In this document: positions 34,688-44,912 of the stretch, piece after piece | How the letters are laid out: every line of letters starts with the position of its first letter | How positions within the stretch are numbered: position 1 is the stretch's first letter | From: Bacillota bacterium | Lineage (GTDB): Bacteria; Bacillota; Sulfobacillia; DUMF01 | Direction of reading: 5' to 3' | Length of the DNA: 64,000 bases | NCBI GenBank assembly: GCA_049718765.1 | Contig: JBNARI010000004.1 | Location: 19,967 to 83,966 of the forward strand | The notes under the pieces: model-generated | What the model saw: the letters and a program-made list of their open reading frames with translations, nothing else | The model's database searches: none | Told to the model about the DNA's origin: nothing | Translations under genes and position numbers: made by a program

Positions 34688-37600
34688 TTGCACCTCAAGA
34701 GCATTTCCATCTGGGGGTTCAAGTCGTTTGCAGTGAGGACTAATATTCAGTTCTGTGATGGCCTGAGCGTAATTGTGGGAAGCAATGGCTCGGGCAAATC
34801 AAACATTGCTGACGCGATATGGTGGGGCTTGGGCCAACAGAACCCCCGGCTGTTGAGGGCAAGCAGGGCAGAACAACTCATCTTTTCGGGGAGCGCAACT
34901 CGCCCGCCTTTGTCTGTGGCTGAAGTGGCCCTGGTGCTTCAGGGAGACCACAGCGAGGTGGGTCTGGTTCGACGGGTGACCAGGGACGGAGATAGCGAGT
35001 ACTTTGTCAACGGGAAAAAGTGCAGACTGAAGGATTTCATCAACGCCGTCAGCAACTGCAACGTGCATCCAGACAGTCTCGTGGTGATAAGTCAGGGTAA
35101 GACAGACGAGTTCCTCTCCATGTCCCCTCAGCAGCGAAAGCAGGTTATGGAGCAAATGGCTGGCCTCACCATCTACAGGGTTCGCCGGGACGAAGCGTTG
35201 AGGCTTCTGACTGACGCTGAAGCCAAGTTGGTCAGAGTGCTTGACCTCCGTTCAGAGCTTGAAGCCAGAAAGGGCCAACTTGCCACCGCTGCTCAGACTG
35301 CTCGGCTGTACAGGGAAACCAAATACAGGCTGGACATGCTGGAAGCGGCTGCAACTGTTTATGAGCTTCGGTGCGCCAAGGAACGAAGGGAGCAGGCCCT
35401 CCTTGATGCCACGAGGATTAGAGAGAAAATGGCTGGAGTTGAGGCAGAGCTTGCTCAGCAAGAGGATGCCTTGCAAGGTTGTGAGGCAAGGAAACAGGAA
35501 ATCCAAAGCAAGTTAGAGCAGGTCAAGGTGGAACTAGGCACAGCTGAGCAACGACTGGCCCAGGTTTACAGGGATGCGGCCCTGTGCGAGCAAAAGCTGA
35601 TTGCTCTGTCTGGAGAAATCCAGCGACTGGAGGGCGAAGCTGCCTCCGAGGAAGAAGCTGCTTGTCGACTCAGCAAAGAGGTGGCAGCAGGACAGGTCAA
35701 GTTGGATTCCCTGGCCCAAGCTGCGGTTCAGAAACGCTTGGAGGCGCAGGCTTTGGAAGGCCAGGAGATTCCAACTTTGCTCGAGGCTCTGGAGGACAGG
35801 GTTAAGGCACTTGAAGGAAAGAGGAACGAGCTGTTCGACCTTTTGAACCGGCGCGCATCCCTTCGCAACTCTGCGGCAACGGCAGAGAGGGACATCGAGA
35901 GGAACGCAAAACAAGTAGCCAGATTGTGCCAGGAACTAGATGTAACTGCCCAGCGGAGGCAGAAAGTTGCGGACAGACTGGGGGCCATGGATGCAGAATT
36001 GGCTAAGCTTTCGGAAGCGCTCGCTTCTGCGGAGGAGCAACGGCAGCGTGGGGAGCAAGAGGCAGCCCAAATTGAAAGGTGCCTGGCTGAGCTTGAAAGA
36101 AAGCGGGCAGTACTGGTGAGCGAAACAACTCGACTCAAATCTAGACTTTCGGTGCTTCAGGGGGTAATTGATTCTCTTGAGGACTTTTCCCCTGGCACCA
36201 GGGCAGTGCTCAGGGCGGTTAGAGAGGGCATCCTAAAACACATCCACGGTGCCCTCGGTCAGTTGATACAGGTGAGCGATGGCTTCGAGACTGCGGTAGA
36301 CATTGGGTTGGGCTCAGCGCTCCAATTCGTTGTTGTGGACAGTGTCTCGGCTGCGGAAGCGGCAATCCAATTCTTGAAGCGAGCTGACGCTGGCAGGTGC
36401 ACGTTCCTTCCAATCGATACCGTCAAGGGCTTCCGTTTCACAAGCCGTGAGGAGGCTGCCATTGCTAAGCACCCTGAAGTGAAGCGCTTGGTAGACGTGA
36501 TCCAGGTGCCTGACCAATTCCGAGTGTGTCTTGAGCACGTGGCGGGCAGGGTTGCCGTTGTCCCCGACGTAGATACTGCCCTTGCCCTTGGGCGTGAAAC
36601 TGGGTTCACCTTCAAGATTGTCACGGTGGAAGGGGAACTCTTCAATCCAGGAGGCTCCCTAACTGGGGGCAGAGGAAGGGAATCTGGGCTCACGCAAAGG
36701 CGAGCCGAGATAAAGAGGGTACAACACGAGCTTGAGCGCAAGAAGGCAGAACTGGCGTTGCTGGAAAGCGCCTTGGCGGAAGCCAAGGCTAAAGCTCGCA
36801 CTTTGGGCGAATCCCAGTCTAAACTAGTGAGCGAAATCAGTAGCATAAAGCTACGGCTTGCCTCAGCCCGCGCCGAACTCCAGGAGGGTCGTCGCTCCCT
36901 GCACGAGCTGGAGCAGCGGGCCCTGGACCTCTCTGCAGATGCGGAAAGGTTAGGAGCCGAGAATGAAAGGTTGAAGCAGTGCTTGGAAGTGGTGAAAGAA
37001 GAGCTCAGGAGTACAGAAACAGCCGAAAGGCAGCTGCGCCGCATCATAGCCGATCTGGACAAAGATCATGCCCAGTTGCAGCAAATGCTTCAAGCCGCTT
37101 CTGCTAGGCTAGCTTCTGCAAAAGCAGAAGCCGAGTCCGTCGAGCGCCAAATTGAGCTGCTGTCTGAACGCTTTTCTTCCCTTGCGGGGCAGGCAGCTTC
37201 CCTGAGACAGTCTGCAGAAGGGAAACGCGAACGAGCCAAGGCTCTGCAAGGGGAAAGGGCATCTCTCCAGGCCTACCTGGAAGGACTGAGAAGAGAGCAA
37301 GTGGAGCTGGAATCCAAGAAGGAAGCATTGTGTGCCGAAGAGGAAGCACTTTCCAAGAGCCTGGTGGCCCTGGAGGATGAGGCGACGAGAATAAACCGCA
37401 CGTGCAGGACGCTGAGGGCGGGCCAAACAAAGCTGAGTTCCTCTCTTGCCGAGGCGGAGGTGCTGTTGAGGCAGGCAGAAATGGAAGTAGAACTGTTGGA
37501 AAGGAAGCTTTCTGCATTGCCGGCGGTCAGCGAAGGAGTACCACGGCAGCTTGTAGCAGACGAGATTGCTGACTTGGAACGGAAGATATCTGATATGGGC

Positions 37601-38176
37601 GAGGTGAATTTGCTGGCGGAAAGGGAGTACCAGGAGCTTTGTTCCCGCGTAGACGACCTGGAGCGGCAAATTGATGACATAAACTGCTCCAAGAAGGACT
37701 TGTACAAACTCTTGAACAGGATAGACGCAGAGATGGACAGGCGGTACGCGGACACCTTTGAGACTGTCAGAAACGAGTTCAGAAGCACGTTCGTGGAGCT
37801 GTTCGAGGGAGGCCATGCAGACCTGGTTCCCAGCGAGGAAGGGGTAGAACTCATCGTAGTGCCGCCTGGCAGGAAAATCAAGGAAATGGTGTCCCTCTCA
37901 GGCGGAGAGAAGGCCATGACGGGGATATCGGCGCTGTTTGCCATGGCACGGGTAAACCCTTCGCCCTTTTACGTGCTGGACGAGGTAGATGCGGCATTGG
38001 ATGACGTCAACTTGGGCAAATTTCTTCGCTATTTGACCAAAGCCAGCCAGCGCACTCAGTTCATCGTTATTACTCACCAGAAACTGCTCATGGAGGCTGC
38101 GGACGCGCTGTATGGAGTCACCTTGGAAGAGCCTGGCGTGTCCCGCTTGGTTTCCGTGCGCTTGAAGGAGGCATGA
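34688..38176 (+). CDS. smc: Chromosome segregation protein SMC
   Basis: GFKSF, GSNGSGKSN, hinge GRCTFLP and GGSLTGG, LSGGEK, LDEVDAALD. Confidence 0.96.
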   Translation: MHLKSISIWGFKSFAVRTNIQFCDGLSVIVGSNGSGKSNIADAIWWGLGQQNPRLLRASRAEQLIFSGSATRPPLSVAEVALVLQGDHSEVGLVRRVTRDGDSEYFVNGKKCRLKDFINAVSNCNVHPDSLVVISQGKTDEFLSMSPQQRKQVMEQMAGLTIYRVRRDEALRLLTDAEAKLVRVLDLRSELEARKGQLATAAQTARLYRETKYRLDMLEAAATVYELRCAKERREQALLDATRIREKMAGVEAELAQQEDALQGCEARKQEIQSKLEQVKVELGTAEQRLAQVYRDAALCEQKLIALSGEIQRLEGEAASEEEAACRLSKEVAAGQVKLDSLAQAAVQKRLEAQALEGQEIPTLLEALEDRVKALEGKRNELFDLLNRRASLRNSAATAERDIERNAKQVARLCQELDVTAQRRQKVADRLGAMDAELAKLSEALASAEEQRQRGEQEAAQIERCLAELERKRAVLVSETTRLKSRLSVLQGVIDSLEDFSPGTRAVLRAVREGILKHIHGALGQLIQVSDGFETAVDIGLGSALQFVVVDSVSAAEAAIQFLKRADAGRCTFLPIDTVKGFRFTSREEAAIAKHPEVKRLVDVIQVPDQFRVCLEHVAGRVAVVPDVDTALALGRETGFTFKIVTVEGELFNPGGSLTGGRGRESGLTQRRAEIKRVQHELERKKAELALLESALAEAKAKARTLGESQSKLVSEISSIKLRLASARAELQEGRRSLHELEQRALDLSADAERLGAENERLKQCLEVVKEELRSTETAERQLRRIIADLDKDHAQLQQMLQAASARLASAKAEAESVERQIELLSERFSSLAGQAASLRQSAEGKRERAKALQGERASLQAYLEGLRREQVELESKKEALCAEEEALSKSLVALEDEATRINRTCRTLRAGQTKLSSSLAEAEVLLRQAEMEVELLERKLSALPAVSEGVPRQLVADEIADLERKISDMGEVNLLAEREYQELCSRVDDLERQIDDINCSKKDLYKLLNRIDAEMDRRYADTFETVRNEFRSTFVELFEGGHADLVPSEEGVELIVVPPGRKIKEMVSLSGGEKAMTGISALFAMARVNPSPFYVLDEVDAALDDVNLGKFLRYLTKASQRTQFIVITHQKLLMEAADALYGVTLEEPGVSRLVSVRLKEA

Positions 38177-39060
38177 TGGTGGGTTTGTTGGAAGCCTTTC
38201 GCAAGGGACTTGCGCGCACCCGCGAAGCCATTGCCCGGGTGTTGGCCCGGCCCCAGCAGCTTGACGATCTCCTGGAGGCGTTGATTGCTGCTGACGTTGG
38301 CGTGGGAACAGCCGAAGAATTGGTTGAATCCGTGAGGAGGTCCTTGGACAAGAGCTCCCCACGCCAAGTGCTCGAACAAGAGATTGTGAAGAGGACTGCA
38401 CTGCCAAGTCGTCTTGACATTGACAAGAACGGCCTGAACGTGTTCATGTTTGTTGGAGTAAACGGTACAGGCAAGACCACAACCATTGGCAAGTTGGCCG
38501 CCAGACTCGGAAGGGACGGAAACAAAGTGCTTCTTGCGGCAGCGGACACTTTTCGGGCTGCGGCCGCTGAGCAGCTTGAGGTATGGGCAAGGCGGGCTGG
38601 AGCGGAATTGGTGCACCATGGCGAAGGCAGTGACCCCGCAGCAGTGGTGTTCGATTCAATCGGTGCTGCGCGTTCCCGTGGCTGCAATGTGGTGCTTGTG
38701 GATACCGCTGGCCGGATCCAGACAAAGGTAAATCTGATGGAAGAGCTGAAGAAAGTGAAGCGAGTGATCGCACGGGAAGCCCCAGGTCAGCCCAGGGAAG
38801 TGTTGCTGGTGTTGGATGCCACCACTGGGCAGAACACAATACAACAGGCTCGCGCGTTCAAGGACGGACTCGGGGTCACTGGCGTGGTAATCACGAAGAT
38901 GGATGGCTCGTCTAAGGGCGGGGTGGCAATTGCCATATGCAGCGAACTAGGAATACCTGTAAAGTTCGTGGGGGTTGGTGAGGGCATAGATGACCTAGTG
39001 GAGTTTGATCCGGTGCTTTACGCTAGGGCTTTACTTGACACAGACATTGCCCAGTTGTAG
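38173..39060 (+). CDS. ftsY: SRP receptor FtsY (NG domain)
   Basis: GVNGTGKTTTIGKLA, DTFRAAA, DTAGR, TKMDGSSKGG. Confidence 0.97.
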   Translation: MMVGLLEAFRKGLARTREAIARVLARPQQLDDLLEALIAADVGVGTAEELVESVRRSLDKSSPRQVLEQEIVKRTALPSRLDIDKNGLNVFMFVGVNGTGKTTTIGKLAARLGRDGNKVLLAAADTFRAAAAEQLEVWARRAGAELVHHGEGSDPAAVVFDSIGAARSRGCNVVLVDTAGRIQTKVNLMEELKKVKRVIAREAPGQPREVLLVLDATTGQNTIQQARAFKDGLGVTGVVITKMDGSSKGGVAIAICSELGIPVKFVGVGEGIDDLVEFDPVLYARALLDTDIAQL

Positions 39061-39091
39061 GATGAAACGTGTTAAGTGCTTGGCCTTAACA
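39035..39091 (+). promoter_or_regulatory. Sigma-A promoter and palindrome upstream of ylxM-ffh
   Basis: TTGACA-17 nt-TAGGAT; TGTTAAG-N8-CTTAACA at 39070-39091. Confidence 0.6.
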
Positions 39092-39112
39092 GCCTTGCGG
39101 TGAGGGGTGTGA

Positions 39113-39481
39113 TTGGTGCTGCCAGGCCTGGAGCCCTTGTACAGGAGACTCCTTTTATACGCGTTTTATGGCAACCTGCTCACCGAGAGGCAGAAGGCCC
39201 TGTTTGAAATGCGCTTTCACCAGGACTTCAGCCTTGGAGAAATAGCCGAGAACCTTCAGATAAGCAGAGCTGCTGTGTGTGACGGGCTCCACCGGGCCGA
39301 GTGCGAGCTTGAGGAAATAGAGCGAAAGCTGGGGCTGGTGGAGCAGTTCCTCCAGCAAAGGTCTGCCCTGTCGAGGCTAGAGGGGCTGCTGTCGAGTCTC
39401 ACTGTGACAGAATGTCAGCAGGGCCTCCTGGAAGAGGCACGGTCAATTGTGCGGTGGTTGCTTGAAGGGAGCAATGACTAA
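39113..39481 (+). CDS. ylxM: YlxM (UPF0122) SRP-associated HTH protein
   Basis: FYGNLLTERQ, DFSLGEIAE, ISRAAV; between ftsY and ffh. Confidence 0.92.
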   Translation: MVLPGLEPLYRRLLLYAFYGNLLTERQKALFEMRFHQDFSLGEIAENLQISRAAVCDGLHRAECELEEIERKLGLVEQFLQQRSALSRLEGLLSSLTVTECQQGLLEEARSIVRWLLEGSND

Positions 39482-40804
39482 ATGGCTTTCGAGCTTATAT
39501 CCCAGCGACTTGGCGAAGTCTTGAAAAAGCTACGGGGAAAAGGCAAGCTCACTGAGGCAGATGTTGACGAGGCACTGAGACAGATTCGTATTGCGCTGCT
39601 CGAAGCTGACGTGAATTTCAAGATAGTCAAGAACTTCCTGGCCCAGGTGAGGGCTAGGGCAGTAGGCGCTGAAGTGCTCGAAAGCCTAACGCCAGGTCTG
39701 ACTGTCACCAAAATCGTGAGGGATGAGCTCATAAACTTGCTGGGCGGTTCCCAAAAGGGCCTGCAGCTTGGACCAAACGAACCCTCAGTTATTCTTCTCG
39801 TTGGTCTGCAGGGATCCGGCAAGACAACCACTGCTGCTAAGCTTGGAAAACTCCTTGAAAAACGAGGCAGAAGGCCTTTGATGGTCTCGTGCGACGTGTA
39901 CCGCCCTGCAGCGAGGGAACAGTTGAAAAGCCTAGGTGCCAAGTCCGGTGTGCCAGTGTTTGATGAGGGACTTGGGCTGAAACCTGAGGAGATTGCTGCA
40001 GCCTCACTCAAGTTTGCCCAGGCCCGGGCGTTTGACACGGTCATAGTGGATACTGCCGGACGGTTGCACATTGACGAGGAAATGATGGCTGAAGCGGCCA
40101 GGATCAAAGAAGTACTCCAGCCAGGAGAAGTGCTGCTTGTAGCAGATGCCATGACAGGCCAGGAAGCGGTGAACGTTGCCGCAAGGTTCGATTCGGTCGT
40201 GGGCATAACCGGAGTAATACTCACCAAGATGGACAGCGATGCCCGGGGGGGCGCTGCGCTTTCAATTGTGGCTGCCACCGGCAAGCCAATCAAGTTCGTG
40301 GGTGTGGGCGAGAAGATCGACGCTTTGGAGCCGTTTCATCCTGACCGCATGGTCTCGCGGATTCTGGGGATGGGCGATGCGCTCACGCTCATCGAGAGGG
40401 CCGAAGAAGCCGTTGACCGGGCCAAGGCAATGGAATTCCAAAAGAAACTGGCAAGCCAGCAGTTTACGCTTGAGGACTTCCTTGAGCAAATGAAAAGCAT
40501 CAGGAAGATGGGGCCGCTCGAGGAGATCCTCAGCATGATCCCAGGGTTCAGTTCGCTGCCTGCTAAGGCCAAGGGGCAAATTGACGAGAAAGACTTGAAA
40601 AAGGCTGAGGCAATCGTGCTCTCAATGACCAAGGAGGAGCGACAAAACCCTGGGATTATCAACGCCAGCAGGAAGAGGCGAATTGCGGCTGGCAGTGGCA
40701 CTACTGTCCAAGATGTCAACAGAGTGCTGAGGCAGTTTGAGCAAGCCAAATCGTTCTTGAGACAAGTGTATTCAAAGAAAGATCTCGTAAAGCTATTTCA
40801 ATGA
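39482..40804 (+). CDS. ffh: Signal recognition particle protein
   Basis: GLQGSGKTT, DVYRPAA, RILGMGD, SRKRRIAAGSG. Confidence 0.98.
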   Translation: MAFELISQRLGEVLKKLRGKGKLTEADVDEALRQIRIALLEADVNFKIVKNFLAQVRARAVGAEVLESLTPGLTVTKIVRDELINLLGGSQKGLQLGPNEPSVILLVGLQGSGKTTTAAKLGKLLEKRGRRPLMVSCDVYRPAAREQLKSLGAKSGVPVFDEGLGLKPEEIAAASLKFAQARAFDTVIVDTAGRLHIDEEMMAEAARIKEVLQPGEVLLVADAMTGQEAVNVAARFDSVVGITGVILTKMDSDARGGAALSIVAATGKPIKFVGVGEKIDALEPFHPDRMVSRILGMGDALTLIERAEEAVDRAKAMEFQKKLASQQFTLEDFLEQMKSIRKMGPLEEILSMIPGFSSLPAKAKGQIDEKDLKKAEAIVLSMTKEERQNPGIINASRKRRIAAGSGTTVQDVNRVLRQFEQAKSFLRQVYSKKDLVKLFQ

Positions 40805-40819
40805 CAGGGGGATGATGCA

Positions 40820-41089
40820 TTGGCAGTCAGGATCAGGCTACGACGGATGGGAGCAAAGAAACAGCCTTTTTACAGGGTGGTGGTGGCCGACTCCCGCTCT
40901 CCTCGTGACGGAAGATTCATCGAGGAAATTGGATACTATAATCCTTGCACGGAGCCAGCTACCATATCCATCAAGGAAGACAAGGCTATCGAATGGATCA
41001 AAAAGGGAGCCCAGCCTTCCGACACTGTGAAGGCGCTGTTTGCGAAGGCTGGGATTCTCGCTAAAGTTCGCGGCACAAACGAGGGGTGA
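40820..41089 (+). CDS. rpsP: 30S ribosomal protein S16
   Basis: [11 protein letters not shown]...[12 protein letters not shown]. Confidence 0.98.
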   Translation: MAVRIRLRRMGAKKQPFYRVVVADSRSPRDGRFIEEIGYYNPCTEPATISIKEDKAIEWIKKGAQPSDTVKALFAKAGILAKVRGTNEG

Positions 41090-41095
41090 GGTTGG

Positions 41096-41326
41096 ATGAC
41101 TGATCTGGTGAGCGTTTTGGTAAAGGCACTCGTGGACAATCCTGACAAGGTACAAGTAAACCAGGTTGAGGGGGAGCAATCCGCAGTTTACGAGGTAAAG
41201 GTTGCTCCGGAGGACATTGGCAAGGTGATTGGCAAGCAAGGAAGGGTAATTCGTGCGGTTCGCACTGTGGTGAAAGCAGCGGCGGCCAAGACTGGCAAGA
41301 GGGTACAGGTGGAAGTAATATCGTGA
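41096..41326 (+). CDS. khpA: KH-domain RNA-binding protein KhpA
   Basis: DIGKVIGKQGRVIRAVRT. Confidence 0.95.
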   Translation: MTDLVSVLVKALVDNPDKVQVNQVEGEQSAVYEVKVAPEDIGKVIGKQGRVIRAVRTVVKAAAAKTGKRVQVEVIS

Positions 41327-41862
41327 CTGTGGCAAACCCGGGTGAGTATATTTCCATCGGCAGGGTGGTTGCCCCGCATGGCGTCCGGGGTGGCATGGTA
41401 GTGCTGCCCCTGACCGACTTTCCCCAGAGGTTCAAACAAACGCGCCGTGTGTTCATTACCAAGCAAGGCGCGGTCATAGGGGAGGGCAACGTTAGCCGTA
41501 CCACTGTCTTGCCCGGGAAGGTTTTGGTTTGGCTTGAGTCAGTTCGCAAGCGGGAAGACGCTGCAGCGCTTGTTGGGTGCGACATAGCAGTTCTCCGCAG
41601 CGAGGCAGTGCAGATTCCTGAGGGAAGCTACTTCATTTTCCAGATAGAGGGCCTGAGGGTGGTTACCACTCGGGGCAAGGACCTTGGAACAGTCAAAGAG
41701 GTTCTGAAGCTGCCAGCCAATGACGTGTATGTTGTACGGAGGCAGGACGGCGGTGAATTGCTGATTCCAGCAATTCGGCGAGTTGTGTTGGAGATTGACC
41801 TACAGGGGGGCAAGATTGTTATCCAACCGATGCCAGGGCTGTTGGGGGACGATGGGAAGTGA
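41323..41862 (+). CDS. rimM: Ribosome maturation factor RimM
   Basis: IGRVVAPHGVRG, ANDVYVV, LLIPA. Confidence 0.95.
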   Translation: MTVANPGEYISIGRVVAPHGVRGGMVVLPLTDFPQRFKQTRRVFITKQGAVIGEGNVSRTTVLPGKVLVWLESVRKREDAAALVGCDIAVLRSEAVQIPEGSYFIFQIEGLRVVTTRGKDLGTVKEVLKLPANDVYVVRRQDGGELLIPAIRRVVLEIDLQGGKIVIQPMPGLLGDDGK

Positions 41863-42590
41863 GGTTTTACATCCTTACGCTGTTTCCAGAGTTCTTTGAC
41901 AGCGTATTTGGTTCGAGCATGCTGAAGCGAGCCATTGCAGGCGGCCTCATTGGAGTGGAACTGGTTGACATCAGGCAGTTCACCTCCGACAGGCACAGGA
42001 CCGCGGACGATTACCCTTACGGAGGCGGTTCCGGGATGGTGCTCAAGTTTCCACCGGTATCTCGGGCCATTGGATGGGTCAAGGAAAGGGAACCTGGCTG
42101 CACAGTGATATTGATGACCCCCCAGGGCGAAGTATTCAATCAGAAACTCGCTGGAGAGTTGGCATCCCAGGACTGTCTTGCCATAGTGTGCGGGCATTAC
42201 GAGGGAGTAGACGAAAGGGTAAGCAGCCTTTGTCACCGAGAGGTGTCAATTGGCGATTACGTGCTCACAGGAGGCGAGCTGGCTGCGGCAGTGGTCGTGG
42301 ATGCCGTGAGCAGGCTTGTGCCTGGTGTGCTGGGTAACGCGGACTCCGCCGCTGCGGAAAGCTTCGCCGCTAACTTGCTGGAATGGCCCCAGTACACGAG
42401 GCCCGCAGAGTGGCAGGAGATGGGGGTGCCCGAAGTGCTCTTGTCGGGGCACCACGAGAGGATCAAGGTTTGGCGCAGGACCAGTTCCCTCCAGCGAACC
42501 ATCCTGCGCAGGCCCGATTTGATGGTGGACGCAGAGCTGAGCGAAGAAGACCTTCGCTTGATAAAAGAGCTCAAGACACAGGCGGGATAG
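41859..42590 (+). CDS. trmD: tRNA (guanine37-N1)-methyltransferase
   Basis: DDYPYGGGSGM, CGHYEGVDER, SIGDYVLTGGE. Confidence 0.98.
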   Translation: MRFYILTLFPEFFDSVFGSSMLKRAIAGGLIGVELVDIRQFTSDRHRTADDYPYGGGSGMVLKFPPVSRAIGWVKEREPGCTVILMTPQGEVFNQKLAGELASQDCLAIVCGHYEGVDERVSSLCHREVSIGDYVLTGGELAAAVVVDAVSRLVPGVLGNADSAAAESFAANLLEWPQYTRPAEWQEMGVPEVLLSGHHERIKVWRRTSSLQRTILRRPDLMVDAELSEEDLRLIKELKTQAG

Positions 42591-42611
42591 ACGGAAGGGG
42601 AGGCAGTTCAA

Positions 42612-42953
42612 GTGGACTTGGTGAGTTCTATCGAAAAGGAGCAATTGAGAAGGGATATTCCGGAGTTTGGGCCTGGAGACCTCGTGAGAGTGTTCGTGAA
42701 AGTTGTGGAGGGAGGAAAGGAAAGGGTTCAAGCGTTTGAGGGCACGGTTATTGCAAGGCGAGGTAGCGGTGCCAGGGAAACGTTCACAGTGCGTAGGGTA
42801 AGCTTCGGCGTGGGCGTTGAGAGGGTTTTTCCAGTCCATTCGCCGATGCTCGAGAAGATTGAAGTGCTGCGGAAGGGCAGCGTGAGGAGGGCCAAGCTTT
42901 ATTACCTGAGGAAGCTGTCGGGTAAGGCTGCCAGGATAAAGGAAAAGAAGTGA
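42612..42953 (+). CDS. rplS: 50S ribosomal protein L19
   Basis: [23 protein letters not shown]. Confidence 0.98.
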   Translation: MDLVSSIEKEQLRRDIPEFGPGDLVRVFVKVVEGGKERVQAFEGTVIARRGSGARETFTVRRVSFGVGVERVFPVHSPMLEKIEVLRKGSVRRAKLYYLRKLSGKAARIKEKK

Positions 42954-42956
42954 TAG

Positions 42957-43469
42957 TTGTTGAGTGGGAAGCAGACCTTAAGGGAATGGGTTCCAGTAAT
43001 AGTCGTCGCAGTCATTTTGGGGCTGTTCTTGAGGACCTTTGTGGTGGAGCGGTTTGTGGTAGATGGTCCTTCCATGGAACCCACCCTGCGCAACCGTGAA
43101 GAGGTACTGGTAAACAAATTCGTGTACAGGTTTACCGCTCCAAAGCGCAACGACGTCGTTGTTTTCAGGTATCCCCTAAACCCCAACCTCGACTATATAA
43201 AGAGGGTTGTAGCAGTAGGGGGACAGACTGTTGAGGTGCGTAACGGTAAGCTCTTCGTGGACGGAGTTGCCGTGGAAGAGCCAATGGTTCGCCCCTGGAC
43301 AGGAAACCTCAACAAGGTGATTGTTCCGCAGGGGTACGTGTTCGTCATGGGAGACAACAGGCCTGTGAGCGAAGACTCGAGGGTTTTTGGGCCGATTCCT
43401 GAGTCAAGCATAAGGGGCAAGGCATTCTTGGTTTGGTGGCCCCTTAGCCGGATGAGGTTGATAAAGTAG
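42957..43469 (+). CDS. lepB: Signal peptidase I
   Basis: GPSMEPTL, YIKRV, GDNRPVSEDSR. Confidence 0.95.
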   Translation: MLSGKQTLREWVPVIVVAVILGLFLRTFVVERFVVDGPSMEPTLRNREEVLVNKFVYRFTAPKRNDVVVFRYPLNPNLDYIKRVVAVGGQTVEVRNGKLFVDGVAVEEPMVRPWTGNLNKVIVPQGYVFVMGDNRPVSEDSRVFGPIPESSIRGKAFLVWWPLSRMRLIK

Positions 43470-43470
43470 T

Positions 43471-44247
43471 GTGAACCTTCATAAGGAGCTTCTCAGAAGG
43501 TATTCCAGGGCACTCGACGTCATCCTTGAATGCGTGGACGCGCGCGTGCCCTGGTCTAGTTCCAACACTGATTACATAATGTCAATTACGTCAAAGCCAG
43601 TAGTGGTGGTGCTCACCCACTGTGACCTGGCTGAGCCAGATGTGACTGCACAGTGGTTGGGTTGGTTTAATGGGCAGGGACGCAAAGCGCTAGAGGTCAA
43701 CGTGCTGAGCGGCAAAGGTGTTGGGGGACTCTTGCGCGAACTTGAACCCTTTGCACCAAAGTCGCGTTTGCGTCCCCCCAGGTTGATGGTGGTGGGTTTG
43801 CCAAATGTGGGCAAATCCTCCCTGATAAACAGAATTGCGCGTTCTGGTGCAGCCAGGGTGGGAGCCAAGCCGGGAATTACCCGAGGACCACAGTGGGTTA
43901 AGGCGCCTCAGGGATGGGAATTGTTGGATACGCCGGGGGTACTCATGGCCAGGGACAAAAGCATGGCCACTGCTGTAAAGCTCGCCTGTGTGGGGATCCT
44001 CGGGGAGGGCACTTACCACCCGGAGGAGGCTGCGTCGTGGTTGCTTTCCTATTTGGCCTTGCGGGGGTGTACTGCCGCAGCGCAGCGCTACGGAGTGGAA
44101 GCGCCCACCCTTGAAGCCGTAGCCAGCCAGTTGGGCTTTAGACTAGCCGACGGGGACCTGGACCTGACAAGAGCTGCCAACCGAGTGATAAGCGACTTCC
44201 GCAAGGGCCAGCTGGGCAGGATCAGTCTGGAGCGGCCGGAGGGATAG
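43471..44247 (+). CDS. rbgA: Ribosome biogenesis GTPase RbgA/YlqF
   Basis: DARVP, GLPNVGKSSLIN, PGITRG, LLDTPG. Confidence 0.92.
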   Translation: MNLHKELLRRYSRALDVILECVDARVPWSSSNTDYIMSITSKPVVVVLTHCDLAEPDVTAQWLGWFNGQGRKALEVNVLSGKGVGGLLRELEPFAPKSRLRPPRLMVVGLPNVGKSSLINRIARSGAARVGAKPGITRGPQWVKAPQGWELLDTPGVLMARDKSMATAVKLACVGILGEGTYHPEEAASWLLSYLALRGCTAAAQRYGVEAPTLEAVASQLGFRLADGDLDLTRAANRVISDFRKGQLGRISLERPEG

Positions 44248-44249
44248 TT

Positions 44250-44852
44250 ACGGTCACCCTTTCCTCGATTGAAAGCCAATTGTTCCATAAGGGATACAAA
44301 GTGGTGTGTGGCGTAGATGAGGCGGGTAGGGGCCCAATAGCTGGGCCAGTAGTAGTTGGGGCTGTGGTTTTGGAGCCCTGGGACGAGATTCAAGGGGTGG
44401 ACGACTCAAAAAGGCTAACGCCGCACAGGCGAGAAGAACTGTACATGGCCATCCTGAGGCGCGCCAAATACGTAAGCGTGGGCATTTGTGGTGTTGAATA
44501 CATAGACAGATTCAACGTTTTAGAAGCTACGTACGATGCTGCTCGGCAGGCGCTGCGTGCTCTTGGCACCGAGGTGGACTGTGTGATCAGTGATGCTCTC
44601 CGGATACCCGGAATTGGATTTGAGCAGATACCCGTGATCCGGGGAGATGCAACTTGCCATTGTGTGGCGGCAGCATCGATTGTGGCAAAAGTTGTAAGGG
44701 ATAGACTCATGCTGCAGCTGGACCAGGTTTGTCCTGGTTACGGTTTGGCCCAAAACAAGGGTTACGGCACAAGGGAGCATTACGAGGCGTTGCGGAGGCT
44801 TGGGCCAAGCTTGGTGCATCGACGCAGCTTCAGAGGCGTGGTTGGCGCTTAA
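44250..44852 (+). CDS. rnhB: Ribonuclease HII (start uncertain: ACG 44250 or TTG 44280)
   Basis: GVDEAGRGP, DSKRL, AAASIVAKV, NKGYGT, HRRSF. Confidence 0.95.
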   Translation, partial: TVTLSSIESQLFHKGYKVVCGVDEAGRGPIAGPVVVGAVVLEPWDEIQGVDDSKRLTPHRREELYMAILRRAKYVSVGICGVEYIDRFNVLEATYDAARQALRALGTEVDCVISDALRIPGIGFEQIPVIRGDATCHCVAAASIVAKVVRDRLMLQLDQVCPGYGLAQNKGYGTREHYEALRRLGPSLVHRRSFRGVVGA

Positions 44853-44875
44853 GGGAAGGCCTGACCGGGGAATTA

Positions 44876-44912
44876 GCTGGCCACTTTACGCAGTCTGCGT
44901 AAGGTGGCCAGC
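44876..44912 (+). terminator. Hairpin after rnhB
   Basis: GCTGGCCACTTTACGCAG-t-CTGCGTAAGGTGGCCAGC near-perfect inverted repeat. Confidence 0.7.
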
